From contig NW_026250413.1 of assembly GCF_024521635.1 (NCBI RefSeq), forward strand, positions 992,001 through 1,056,000: a stretch of 64,000 nt of DNA. The letters run 5' to 3'. The DNA comes from Tricharina praecox (Eukaryota). Positions within the stretch are counted from its first letter, which is position 1. The number at the start of each line of letters is the position of its first letter. A program made the translations under genes and the position numbers. The notes beneath the pieces are model-generated. The model saw only the letters and a program-made list of their open reading frames with translations, searched no databases and was not told the DNA's origin. Positions 51,333-63,301 of this stretch are shown here, piece by piece.

Positions 51333-53400
51333 ATGAGAGAAGTCATCTCCCTTAACGGTGCGTACCCACTCCAGCAGCAGCTGTTGCGGCAAAAACAACT
51401 TACCCCGCCGTTTCAACGACACCTACCCCTTATCCCCCAACACGCGTGATCCCAACACCAATCGATGCTTCATCCCGGAAACTTGCAGAGAGCTGCCCTT
51501 GCTGACCTACGTTCGCGATAATAGTCGGTCAGGCCGGTTGCCAAATTGCCAATTCTTGCTGGGAGGTGGGTTCATCGATTCCGAGCTCTATATAGTGGAA
51601 CTCAGAATATGCTGACAACGGTTCTTTCAGTTGTACTGCCTTGAGCACGGTATCCAGGTACATTCATCTCCATCCATCCTCCGGGGTCAAACCGGTTCGC
51701 CACCTATAGTTGTCGACGCGATTTGCAAGACGGCGGCGGTGGTGGGACGGTGGTGGCTGCGGATGCGGTGGCGGCCTCGACGCCACCTCGCATATGCACG
51801 TTCATCGATGAGCATCGTAGCTAACGCGTGGTCTTTGTTTGTAGCCTGATGGTTACCTCACCGAGGAGCGTCGGCAGGGTCCTCAGGACCAGGGGTTCAG
51901 CACCTTCTTCTCCGAGACAGGTACGCGAAATTCTACCATCCCCCAACCTTCTCCCGCCATCATCGGCGGCGACCTTGCCGAGAGCTTGCCCGGGTCGGAT
52001 GATGGTGGGTGGATTGCGAGAGAACAAAGCTGATGGAAAAAAGGTCAGGGAAAGTACGTTCCTAGGACAATCTACGTCGACTTGGAGCCCAATGTGGTCG
52101 ACGAGGTGCGGACTGGTATCTACCGAAACCTGTTCCACCCCGAGCAGATGATTACAGGAAAGGAGGATGCTTCGAACAACTACGCCCGTGGTCACTACAC
52201 CGTCGGAAAGGAGTTGATTGACCAGGTTCTCGACAAGATCCGCCGTGTTGCCGGTACGTTTAGCTATATATCCTGGCCACCGATGGTCATCCAAACGCGA
52301 TTGCTAACGTTCTACTCCAGATAACTGCGGTGGTCTCCAAGGTTTCTTGGTCTTCCACTCCTTCGGTGGTGGAACCGGTTCCGGATTCGGAGCTCTGTTG
52401 ATGGAGCGCCTGTCCGTTGATTACGGAAAGAAGTGCAAGCTCGAGTTCTCCGTCTACCCTGCTCCCCAGGTGTCGACTGCCGTCGTTGAGCCTTACAACT
52501 CCATCCTGACCACCCACACCACCCTCGAGCACTCCGACTGTTCGTTCATGGTCGACAACGAGGCCATCTACGACATCTGCCGCAGAAACTTGGACATCGA
52601 GCGCCCCAACTACGAGAACCTTAACAGGCTCATCGCCCAGGTCGTCTCTTCCATCACCGCGTCGCTCCGTTTCGATGGTTCCCTCAACGTCGATCTCAAC
52701 GAGTTCCAGACCAACCTGGTGCCCTACCCCCGTATCCACTTTCCTCTCGTGTCGTACGCCCCCGTCATCTCGGCGGCCAAGGCCTCGCACGAGGCGAACT
52801 CGGTCCAAGAGATCTCCAACTCTTGCTTCGAGCCCCACAACCAGATGGTGAAGTGCGACCCCCGTAACGGAAAATACATGGCCACCTGTCTGTTGTATCG
52901 CGGGGACGTCGTGCCCAAGGAGGTTCACGCCGCCGTTGCCAGCATCAAGACCAAGAGGACCATCCAGTTCGTCGACTGGTGCCCGACCGGATTCAAGATC
53001 GGTATCTGTTACCAGCCTCCCCAGCTCGTTCCCAACGGTGACTTGGCTAAGGTTAACCGTGCTGTGTATGTTACCCTGCATTGTCCGTCATGTGTTTCCC
53101 CTGACTAATGATCGCGTTTAGATGCATGTTGTCGAACACCACCGCTATCGCCGAGGCATGGGGTGCTCTTAGCGCGAAGTTCGACCTTATGTACAGCAAG
53201 CGTGCCTTCGTGCACTGGTACGTTGGTGAGGGTATGGAGGAGGGAGAGTTCTCCGAGGCTCGTGAGGATTTGGCTGCTCTTGGTAAGATTCCTGTTCTTC
53301 TACCGACAATGAGCGTCACTAATGCTCCAGTGCAGAGCGGGATTACGAGGAGGTTGCCACCGACTCCGTCACCGACGATGTCGAGGAGGCCGAGTACTAA
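51333..53400 (+). CDS. TUB1: Alpha-tubulin; exons 51333-51357, 51525-51565, 51631-51657, 51845-51920, 52044-52253, 52321-53065, 53122-53282, 53336-53400
   Basis: [34 protein letters not shown].., GGGTGSG GTP-binding motif, [38 protein letters not shown]. Confidence 0.97.
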
Positions 53401-54097
53401 ACGGCGGAATCACTTAATTGGGATGGGTAGCAGTTTGGGAGGGGGACGGCGATCGAGGCAGCGAACCAGACAAAAAAAAGCAGCGGGTTCCTTGTGATCA
53501 AGTGTGTTTGTTTTATTCGCTTCTCGCGCACCACACCACCACTTACCTTTGAATCGTACTATCCATATCCTTCGTTTTCGCTTGTCTTCGTCGTACCTGT
53601 AGTTCAGCCCTTCCTTTTTGTTACCTCAAGACTTCCTTTCTCATTTCTTTTTTTGTTCTCGGGTTTCTGCGCGTCGTACTTTCTTTTTAATTCATGTTTT
53701 GATCCGTGAATACGTCAGTGGACCGTGAACGTGACGAATTTTGGCCCAGTCATGAGTGCGCGGATGTGGAATGCTGCGACCGCGTTCTAGTGTCTGGATC
53801 GTGATTTCGGGTTCTTGGGTTCCGTGACTAGGAATCAATAGAGATGGGTGAGAGTGAGAGTTTTGTGTGTGACGGTCGGGATTAGTCACGGGACATGAGG
53901 TAGCACTCGGGTTTGTTCATGCGCGTAAATTCGTAATACAAGAGTCAAATGTCCATTGTCTTTACAACTACAAGTCCAGAAATACCAGTCCCGTCCATCC
54001 CATCCAATCTCATCCCATGGAATCCGAACCAAAGAAAACTAAAGTAAAAACTTCAACAGTCAAAGAACCAAAGAAAATTGATGTACCTGTTAGTTAG

Positions 54098-55355
54098 TTA
54101 ATCCTCAGCCTCGATACACATAGTAATGAGCTCGGGCTCGGGGGTGAGCTCGATGACCATGTCCTCGGCGACGGCGTCGACGGAGTCATTGGTAATGTCC
54201 AGCTTGATGGCCGGTTCAGGCTCGATGTAGTTAAGGGAGCTGACGGCGGCGGCGGCGGCGTCGTCGGCGGGGAGGAGGTGCTGCTCGATCGTGTCTTGCT
54301 GCTCGTGTTCGATGTCTATCTGCTGCTCGATCTCGATCTCGACCTCGATCTCTGACTTGATGTTGACGGGCATGACGTCGAACTCTGGCTTGATGTTGAC
54401 CTCCGCTGGCATGATGTCGAACTCTGGCTTGATGTCGACGTGCTGCTGGTGCGCGATGATCGGCGAGATGTCGGCCCCGCTATGCTGGACGGCGGGCTCG
54501 ACGGCGATGGGCTCGGCGGCGATGGGCTCGTGGGCGATGGCGAAATCATTGCCCGGCTCGCAGGCGAGGTTGCCGATGGCTGCTGCCTGGCCGAGCCCAG
54601 CACCCACATGCGCCTGGAAAAACTCCTGTGCACCGCCTATCTCCTCCACGTGCGGCCCCGCCGCCGCCCCCGCTCCACCCAACACCAACCCGCCCATAAC
54701 GCCCACCAAGCCCCCGCCCGTCCCAGCTCCGCCGCCCTCCCTCCCCCTCCCCCTCCACCTAATCCTCTCCAAAGCGCCCTTAATCATCGGCACCTCCTCC
54801 GCATCGACCTCCTCATCATCCTGCAGCCCCAGCCCCAGCCCCAGCTCCATCTTAACCCCGCCGTGCTCCATCTTGAACCGTGGCTCCTCGTCGTCAAAGA
54901 GCTTTGCACCCTTGCCCCCCTTTGCCACCCCACCTCCCCCGCTAGACCCAGACCAGCCCTTCTTGCGCTTTCCTCCTCCTCCAATAGGAGGCGACGCCGT
55001 CGCAATAGGCTCGTCGTCAGGGTCGAAGGCGTATGGATTATCTCGCCGGTATGCGTTCGCTTTGTCTTTGATCTTCGAGATCCGGTGTGATATCGCCTTT
55101 GGGGTTACGGCTGTGGGTGGGGTTAGCCGGGGGTCAGGGGGAGGGGGAGGGGAAGGGAAAGGAAGAGTTACTGTTGCCCATGGCCTTTGCCAGCGCGATG
55201 TAGTCCAGCTTGACGACGTGCAGCTTGAGGACGTTGGCGAAGAGCTGTTTCAGTTCACCGTTAGTCCCGTGCCCTTCGCCCGTGCGTGCAGAAAAAGGTA
55301 GGTAGGTAGGTAGCCATACCCGCGCATCGGCCTGATCATTCCACTGCATCGGCAT
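54098..55355 (-). CDS. Small Myb/SANT-like helical-domain protein A with acidic tail; exons 55355-55320, 55244-55172, 55110-54098
   Basis: Spliced N-terminus MPMQWNDQADAR|LFANVLKLHVVKLDYIALAKAMGN|TVTPKAISHRISKIKDKA. Both introns have CTAAC branch points and keep the frame into the 276-aa ORF. Confidence 0.8.
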
Positions 55356-58193
55356 CTTTGGCGGTCTTTTGCTGTCTCTGCTTTGCTGTCCAGTTGTCGT
55401 GTACTACGTATACACGAAAGAGAGGAATATCCGGCTTCTGCGGATAATGTGGGACGTTCGGTCTGGCGGCGAGGGAAGGGAATGGAAGGGGCGGTTTTGT
55501 GGCGGGGCCGTCCGCTGGCCGTGGAGGTGGGGCTGGGAAGGACCTGCCTGCGGGGGATTGTTTGCTTCTTTGCTCCGTTGGGCGGGCGGGCCTGCGGTGT
55601 TTGACGGGTGGCTCGCAGATGTTTGCCGGACCGCCACGCCTTTGATGATTTGATACGGTTGATTGACGGAAGCCCACGGAAAAGTGGAAAACAACAATGG
55701 ATCGCGGACCGCGCTGCGGGGCCGCACCTGCCCGTATATGTGCGGGTGCGGGTGCGCCAGCGGACAAAAAAGGCCCAAATGGGCCAAATGGGTCGAGTGA
55801 CAATCATTGCTCGCCTCAATGCCCGGGCGGTGGGGTTGACATCCGTGATAATGGGAAATTGCTGCGGACAGATGTGGGTAATCTGTATGTGCTGGCTGGC
55901 TGCGTGTGTGGGCGTGATGGAGGCGGGCGTGGAGGCGGGCATAGCGTTTGTGTATTTACATACGTAGAAAGCCCCCAGAAGCACGGCAAGTCATTTGGAT
56001 TTTGTTCACTGGCCATCCACGACTGGTCTGGTCGGCCATAGACATGTCGCAGGATGTGTGGCGTACGCGTACAGGCGTGCTCATCACTCATAGGTGAGGA
56101 TGGCCGATATATCTGTGGCGTTGCGGCGGGCTTGCACATCATATTGTGTTTGTGCTCGCAGAAAGCCACCCAATGTGGCGGTACATACACTGCGAATCAT
56201 GCATTCTCATCCACGCTCGGGCATAGAGTACCTAAAGTTCATATGCATGGCCGTTTCTTCCCAGCCCACATATCCCAGCCCAATTGTCTACCAGCTCCGC
56301 CAACCCTCTGCGCCCCTTCCACGCTTCCATCAAACACCCCCATTGCGAAATGGGAACACGTGGGACGGGACGGGAGGACGGTGGGGTACCTACAGCAGAG
56401 GCCAGACTGCAGGGTATCATTGGCGGGCTTTGGCGGGAGCACCAGAGTATCACTCGGCTCGGAATTTCTAATCCCACGTAACTATGGGATATTCAGGCGA
56501 TCCTACGGGGGCAGGCAGTGGAGAAGTGCACTTGTCCGTGACGAAGCATGATACCAGTGATTTTCGACGTGCAAAATATCCACGCTACGACGGGATGGTG
56601 ATTCCAAAAAATGGAGCGGGAAGCCCGTTGGTGGCCAGGTTCTCGCGATACGCAGTCATCCGGAGGGGAATTGCACTTCTGAGCAAGAAAAGTGAGAAAG
56701 TGATGCATATGTTGTGGTAGTGTTTGCCTTTAGTGGACCGCGACTGACGACTAGGTAGTTGTGGCCAAAAGTTCGTCTTATGATTTATCCGATGCCGCCA
56801 GATTCCCGAATTCCGATCCACGGTGAACTTTGAAGCCCCGTGGCCGTAGCCGTGAAATCTGACTACTACTGGCACTTCCCCGAAGGTAGCGCGGCTTCGA
56901 TACTCGCAAGGGCAGGATGCTAGTTTCGAGTTTCAAATGCTGAAGCTTTCGCGCATGCCATTTGTACATATTCGGGAATCGGCATCGGCGCTTCGAAACG
57001 TAAACGGTATGTAATTGTATTCGCCGTTCGGGCCACAGGGCCACAGGGCCACAATCCGGCTCGAAAAAGGTGCTGAAACGGGCTTGGTTAGAAGCTGTCG
57101 AAGTTCCAGAATATGAATTGGCCATGGCTTACCCATCCGATGTTGGAACTTGGGCTGAACAAAAACCTTAGGATCGGGAGGCAAGGAGACGGAGGTGGCT
57201 CGGTAGGCTGGACGGTGCACATCGCGTCACTCGACTTTCCATATCGACGGAAGCTGGCTTGCCTCCATGGCCCGTGAAAAGTGCAGGCTGGAGTGTGATG
57301 GCTACGGTGGCTGAAGCCGCAGGAGCCGTATCGATAGATATACCACTATGGAGGGACGATTTGATAACAGATCGTGTCTCAGCCTGTAGAAGATGCAATA
57401 TCGACCGCGAGGAAGCAGCTCAGCTATGTTTCTACCCATATCGAGTCATGGACCGGTAATGCCCCCTCATACCCCGGTCCTTTTCACCGAACGTCTGAAA
57501 CCGTCGGTGCCCGTTAATCCTCAGGTAGCCGGCAGAGAGGGCGGCGTTGACTCGTGGTACGACAAGGCCGGCAATTTCTCGTGCAGATGATGCCAAAGAA
57601 TACACCAATATGTGACAATATAGATCTCAGGAGACGACTTCCTCTTGCACCTAGACGGAAATAATCTACCTATGCAATCACTGTCCCAAAAAAAAGCTTG
57701 CTGTTCACCGTGCGGCGGAGGCAAATCATAGATGCCGGAATCACTTCGGCCCCCCACCCGGCATGGAAGTGCAACTCCAGTCGCTTCGATGTCTCATGAT
57801 ACGGGCTCCTCTGGTCCAATGACAGAAGCCGAGCTCCCAATCGACAGTTTCTACCCTACATCCTACGTCCAGAAGATATTCGCCATTCTCACGGGAGGTT
57901 GCACACGGGCGAAACAGACAGACAGGACTGGTGGCCTCGCGGGCACGTGAGTATTCCTCGGGCAGTTTGCTATCTCAGGGCTGAGTGACCACATCCTGGC
58001 GGAGGGAGATGGTGTGTATGATACTATAGTACTTCCGCAGCCTTCCACAGCCCTTCGATTCTTCGAGCCATCTCCACGCATGGAAATCCACCGACCGACC
58101 TTCCTCATAAGCACCCGGGCCCCCATCCGCCCGCATCCTGTCCTGTCCGCCACCGACACCCCACGCGCAACAGGCATAGCTACAACCCGAACG

Positions 58194-58786
58194 ATGTCCC
58201 GAAAGCAATCCCCCACATCAAGCCTCACGCCCGACGCACGGTTCATGCGTCTGTGCTGCGCCGTCCTCGAGAGCATGGTCAACACGCCCAAGGTACTTAG
58301 TTCCTTCTCCTCCATCCTCTCCACCAACCAACTAACCCTCCTCTCACACAGATCAACTACACCCTCCTCGCGCAGAAGATGGGATACGCGAACGCGCGGG
58401 TCGCACAAGACAGCTACTGCCGCTTCCGAGCTCGACTCCGCGGCGACGCGAACTACGCCAATCGTGGCGGCGGCAAGAGCAAGAGCAAGAGCAAGGAGAA
58501 GTACCTGGCGAAGGTTAGGGGGTTGGGGGATGGCGAGCCGCCGAAGCATTACGATGAGCCGGTTGACGATGATGAGGAGGAGGTGAAGGGGAAGGGGAAA
58601 TGGCTGGTTGACGGGGAGGTGAAGGTGAAGGTCAAGGTGGAGAAGGAGGAGGAGGAGGAGGTGAAAGTGAAGGTGGAACAGAAGGTGGAGGTGGAAGAGA
58701 GAATGTATTGGGTGGTTAAGACGGAGCCTGATACCGAAGTGTGGGTCTGGGAGGGCGCGGATGTGAGTCATGAGCATCATGACTAG
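58194..58786 (+). CDS. Small Myb-like DNA-binding-domain protein B with basic then acidic tail; exons 58194-58292, 58352-58786
   Basis: MSRKQSPTSSLTPDARFMRLCCAVLESMVNTPK|INYTLLAQKMGYANARVAQDSYCRFRARLRG. The 59-nt GTACTT..CTAAC..CAG intron is phase 0. Confidence 0.78.
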
Positions 58787-58800
58787 TATTATCCCTAGAG

Positions 58801-60247
58801 TACACGCAATGCGTCAAATACGCATTGCAGGCGAGTGATGCGTTTTGCAGTGCGTCTGCAATGCGTCTGCAATGCGTTTTGCAATGCATTTTGCGATGCG
58901 TTCTTTTAGGTAATTTGCAGTGTTATCAAATGCGTTGCATTAATCTATAGTACTAGATACATCTGTGCCTTGTCCTCCTATGCCTTCCTACAGTTGCCTC
59001 GCTGCATATCACACTCCCACCGCCGCGAATAGCAAACTCTCCCTGCCATGAATACCACACTCCATCCATCTCTGCGGATAGCACATTTCCGTCGCCGGTG
59101 CCATAGCCGTCCTCGTCGCCGTTGTTGTTGCTGTCCTGCGCTGGCTGTCAGCATTTGGTCTTCACACACTCATCCCTCCCCAGATACCACGGTTCCATCA
59201 CTGTGGATGCCACACCCCACCCGCTGCCCTCGCTGTACTTGTTGTCCTTGCTGTCCTATGCCGGCTGCCAGCCAAGTTGGTCTTTCCACAGTGTCCACGC
59301 CGCGAATGGTAGCCCGCTGGCATTGTGGCGGAGTGATGGAGGAGCTGTCTGTGAGTGGAGCTATCAGCGAGAGGAAACGAATGTGGTAGTAGTGAGCATC
59401 AACTTTGGTGGGCATTGCGGGGTCGGCCGAATGAGGAGGGGGGGACTTAGGCTGGCACCCACAGGTTTTCTTCTTCTTTCTTGATCATCTATCGAATAGA
59501 CGGTTAACCTCCCATCTCCGCTCTCTCCTCTGTGTGTGCTCCTATCCTCGCCATGCCGGTCGACCTGGAGAAGATTCGCAGTAAAGACAGTGTACGATGC
59601 AGAAGTAAAAGAGAGAGTGTACAAAAGGACACGTTGTGATACCGAGTTTAACTTCTTGGTGACGAGGCCACAAACCTAGGTGGCGAGGTCATAAACTTAG
59701 CCACGGTGGCCTACCGCCGCCGGTGCTTCACCAGAAGAGCTTCACAGGTGGTGGATGTGGTGATGATGATGGTGATGAGAGAGAGCGCAGAGCACGGCGG
59801 CAGTATACCTAGGCAGGAGTACTCCAACATCACATGATGCGCATCGCGAAGGCCAGCATCATCGCACTGTCGACATGAACTTCAATAGACTATCGAGGTC
59901 GGGTTTTTATTGGAGTCTCGCGGGTTTACTCAGTCATTCCTACTCGGTGACTGGAGTCATTCCTTTAACGACTAGAGTCATTCTCTAACTGTGTGGTTTG
60001 ATTGAATCTTCCAAAGCTTCCCGGATGACATCTGTACGTAACAAAGACTAATACAACAACTTTCCCTCTCAAAGCTACTCCTCGTCTACCTTTAAAGTTT
60101 AGAGCATACCTCAGAGTAAAGCTTGGCAGAATTCGCGCATTTTTGGTAATAACGCAATTTTCACGGTGCGTATCTGTCACTAAAACTGTGCAACGCATTT
60201 TACGACAATTCGGGTGCAATAAACGCGTGATCAACGCATTGCCTGTA
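58801..60247. mobile_element. Possible degenerate non-autonomous TIR element
   Basis: TACACGCAATGCGT (58801-58814) matches the reverse complement of ACGCATTGCCTGTA (60234-60247) at 13/14 positions, with TA termini and ATGCGT/ACGCAT subterminal repeats on both sides. No transposase ORF inside. Confidence 0.4.
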
Positions 60248-61034
60248 CCCCAGGGATTAGGACTAGAGGATCGTAGGATCCCGGGTTTTAGTGTTTTGTA
60301 GGGACACTCAGGTGGATATGGATGGGAAGGCTTTGCGCGGTATGTGGTTGTGTACCTCGTCATAACGTTGGTCCTTCCGTTGGTCTATAATCAAGCACTT
60401 TTGTGGCCAGTGGTCGGCTTCGACACATGCTAGATCACTCGGCTTTTGGTTTGATATGAAGTCATCTAAAGTCGCTGTGTATAGTCTTTCACTCATAAGA
60501 TCTATACCTCTGGTGGTAAGTAGTGAAGGCAAACAACAGCAGAATCTTGCTAGCCGGTTTGGCACAGATCACGAATCGTGGAGAGCAAGACGAGTGAGCA
60601 GTGAGATCTCAGAACATGATATGTAAATTACACCAAGTAGGTAGTGCTTACGGGCTCGGCTTGGATATCAACATGGCTACGGTCCACAGAGCCTAGGCAG
60701 AAACAACAAACGAGGTCAACAAAAGCGTGAGACCATAAGTACGGTAGCCATCTCTCGTCCGGTATCGCCAAACAGAAGAGATTCAGAAGCCGAGCGAATG
60801 GACTGAGAGAGCATCATTGCAGGATCAAACGCCTACTAATATGGCCAAACTATAAAACTACAGAAACAAATACAACCAAAGCCCTCTACACAGCCCGCCC
60901 CGCCCCGTGCCGTCCTACCGAACCCATCAAAAAGTTCCCTCAGAAAAACTCAAAGACATTCTCCGCCTTTGTATCAGGCGACAACGGACTGGGCGGTCTC
61001 TCCATCTCCCCGTAGGCCTTCTGCACCCCCCTTC

Positions 61035-61588
61035 TCACCTCCCCGTCATATCCGCCGCCTTCCTTTTCCCCGTCACCGCGGGGATATCATACAGCCCCTC
61101 ATCGTCACTATCTAGCAAAAGCACCACGCCATTTTCATCAACATCCTCCAGCTTGATCTTCCGGCGTTCGCTGTTCCACTCAGGCTCGGGCTCGAGCTTA
61201 ACCTTGACGTCCTCATCCTCATTCTCCTCGTCATCCTGCACGCCGCCCAGGGCGGGACTGAAGCCTTTCCCCTCCACCCCCTTTGGGCTCTTTACTTTGC
61301 GAGGCGTTGCGAACGGCGATGGCGATGCTGCATCGGCGCTGAGCCGCGCTTCGCGCCGGAGCTTGGTGAATTGCGCGCTGTGGGGGGCGTTAATGAGGGG
61401 TGAAACAGTGGAAGGAGGGCGGGAGGGGGAGGGGGGAGGGGGGAAGACTTGATGGCACATGCAGTGTACGCTTCTAGACGCCCGATCCGGCGGACTTTCG
61501 CCCAGGAGATGCCCTTGAAGCCGACTTCTTCGCAGATGGCGATGAGTAGGCGGAGGTTGTGCGCGTCGGTCCAGCGGTTCTTGGGCAT
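61035..61588 (-). CDS. Small Myb/SANT-like protein C; exons 61588-61449, 61377-61035 (C-terminus may extend to 60940 if a 1-nt frameshift is corrected)
   Basis: MPKNRWTDAHNLRLLIAICEEVGFKGISWAKVRRIGRLEAYTACAI|NAQFTKLRREA. The intron has a GTCTTC donor, ATTAAC branch and CAG acceptor. The tail contains ATPRKVKSPK and acidic patches. Confidence 0.75.
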
Positions 61589-62626
61589 GATTGCTGGGTG
61601 GGGCGGAAGAATATGCGGTCAGGTGCGCCGGAATAGAGGCCGAGGTGAATGTATTGAGCAGTTGGGGAAGTAGTCGTCGTAGGTCGCAGTGGAACAGGAG
61701 GGAAGAGCGGTAGTTTATGAATAAGTAGATATTCCATGCCCGCGCCGCGGACTATCCATATCTTTCCATGGATCATGGCTGAAACTCGGGGATCTATCTC
61801 CGCGGTGTCGGATGCCAGAGTGCCACACACACACCCGATGTTGCACTTGTACGTACGGGAGCACGGCGGACGACCACGCAAACACCGATTCCGGTAGAGC
61901 GGTACGGTAGCGTCCAGGGGCCTTCTAGAAGCCGTTTTGATTCTTGCTCGTTCCATCGGCAAATAGGTACCCAACAACCCAGTCTTCCGAATGTCAAAGG
62001 GCCGTGTCAGAATGGCTGTTTCTGCCAAAAGCTGTTTCTGGAGTATGTATGCGGAGGTGTTGCAATCTTGGAGTTGAAGTCACTGGGAGTGGTTTCTGGC
62101 AAGCAGTTGGGCGGACCGTGGACGGTGACAAGAGAATAGCCATACGGCCAGACGACGGTAATATCACGTTACTCGAGGTGATTGAATCTGTGGCGTAGGT
62201 GTGGTTCAATATGAGGCTGAGGAAAGCTCAAAGAGTGAAGCTTGCAATGTGGGCGGAGTGGGAAAAATAACTGTTGAGATTGTAAAAAATAGGTGTGGAG
62301 ACTTCCAGTAGGAGCTGGAGCAAGTAGTCCGCCATGGCGGTGATGATAATGTGATAGCTGAAAGCCACACTTGAGCCACAGCTGTTCTTACTCCGAGTAA
62401 CGTGACCTGATCTGGCCGTGTGAATAGTGGCTGTATGCCGAATGTCCCCGAATCGCCCAGCAACGACAACATGGAAAAAACAAGCATACCATTTATTACC
62501 CATAGACAAGCCAAAGCACCTGCCCCATATGACTACAAAATCAATCAAACAGACCAAAAACAAAAATACAAACAGACCTTAATCCCGATATAATGAAAGA
62601 CAAACCACCGCCCGCTAAACCAAGCG

Positions 62627-63301
62627 TTAGGGCTTCTTCTTGACTCCCCAAAACGTATGAAGGCCTTCCTTCGGTCCACCATCCTTATCCCTCCGTGCTT
62701 CCCAGGACTTATCTCCCTTCCCATCTGCCACAGTCGCCGGATCGATCTCTGGTCTATCCTTCCTCCTCCCCGAGACGCCGGCTCGGGGAGGATCGAACTC
62801 GATCGGTTTTCTATCTGTTGGTTCTACCATTCCCACATCAGCAGTGGGCCCTATCTTACTCAAGAGCTAAAGAATATGTAAAGAAGGAGGAGGAGGAGAG
62901 GGGAAAGTACTGCGCTCTGTAGGCTGAAGCGGCGCAGCCGTAGTCATGCCGATGTCTTTGATCCCGCTAGGCTCGGCTATGAAGTGGTGGAACATTGTGG
63001 GCTGGTTTGAGCCGTTGGGGGGCACGTGTAAGTTCCGGAATACTGTGCCTGTCGGAGAGCAGGTGCTTGAGGGGGATTTGCGGTAGGAACCGCTAGAGGA
63101 GGAAGATCTTGCGGTGTCGGGAATGCTAGCGGCATAGTTGGCTGTGGGGGTAATTGCGTCAGTAATGGGGAATCCAGAAGTAGGAAGATGGGACTAACCG
63201 GGACGGGGAGGGGTGACTGGAGCTGAAGCTGAAGTAGGAGAAGAGGAAGGAGGAGGAGAAGGCGAAGGAGTGTCATGGTTTATAAGTGAACGGATATCCA
63301 T
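62627..63301 (-). CDS. Hypothetical Ser/Pro-rich protein; exons 63301-63199, 63141-62911, 62850-62627
   Basis: MDIRSLINHD (MDIxxL(I/L)N-type start). Intron 1 (GTTAGT..ACTGAC..CACAG, 57 nt) and intron 2 (GTACTT..ATAG, 60 nt) each remove an in-frame TAG and give one continuous frame. Confidence 0.6.

Noticed and set aside
52287-53081. Long antisense ORFs over tubulin, SWIRM, EDE1, VTC and gene A
   Set aside because: Shadow ORFs caused by codon bias on the coding strand.
62860-63200. Two in-frame TAG codons interrupting one long frame (candidate A-to-I-corrected pseudogene)
   Set aside because: Both stops fall inside plausible introns whose lengths are multiples of 3 (57 nt GTTAGT..CTGAC..CAG; 60 nt GTACTT..TAG). 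Ordinary splicing explains them.
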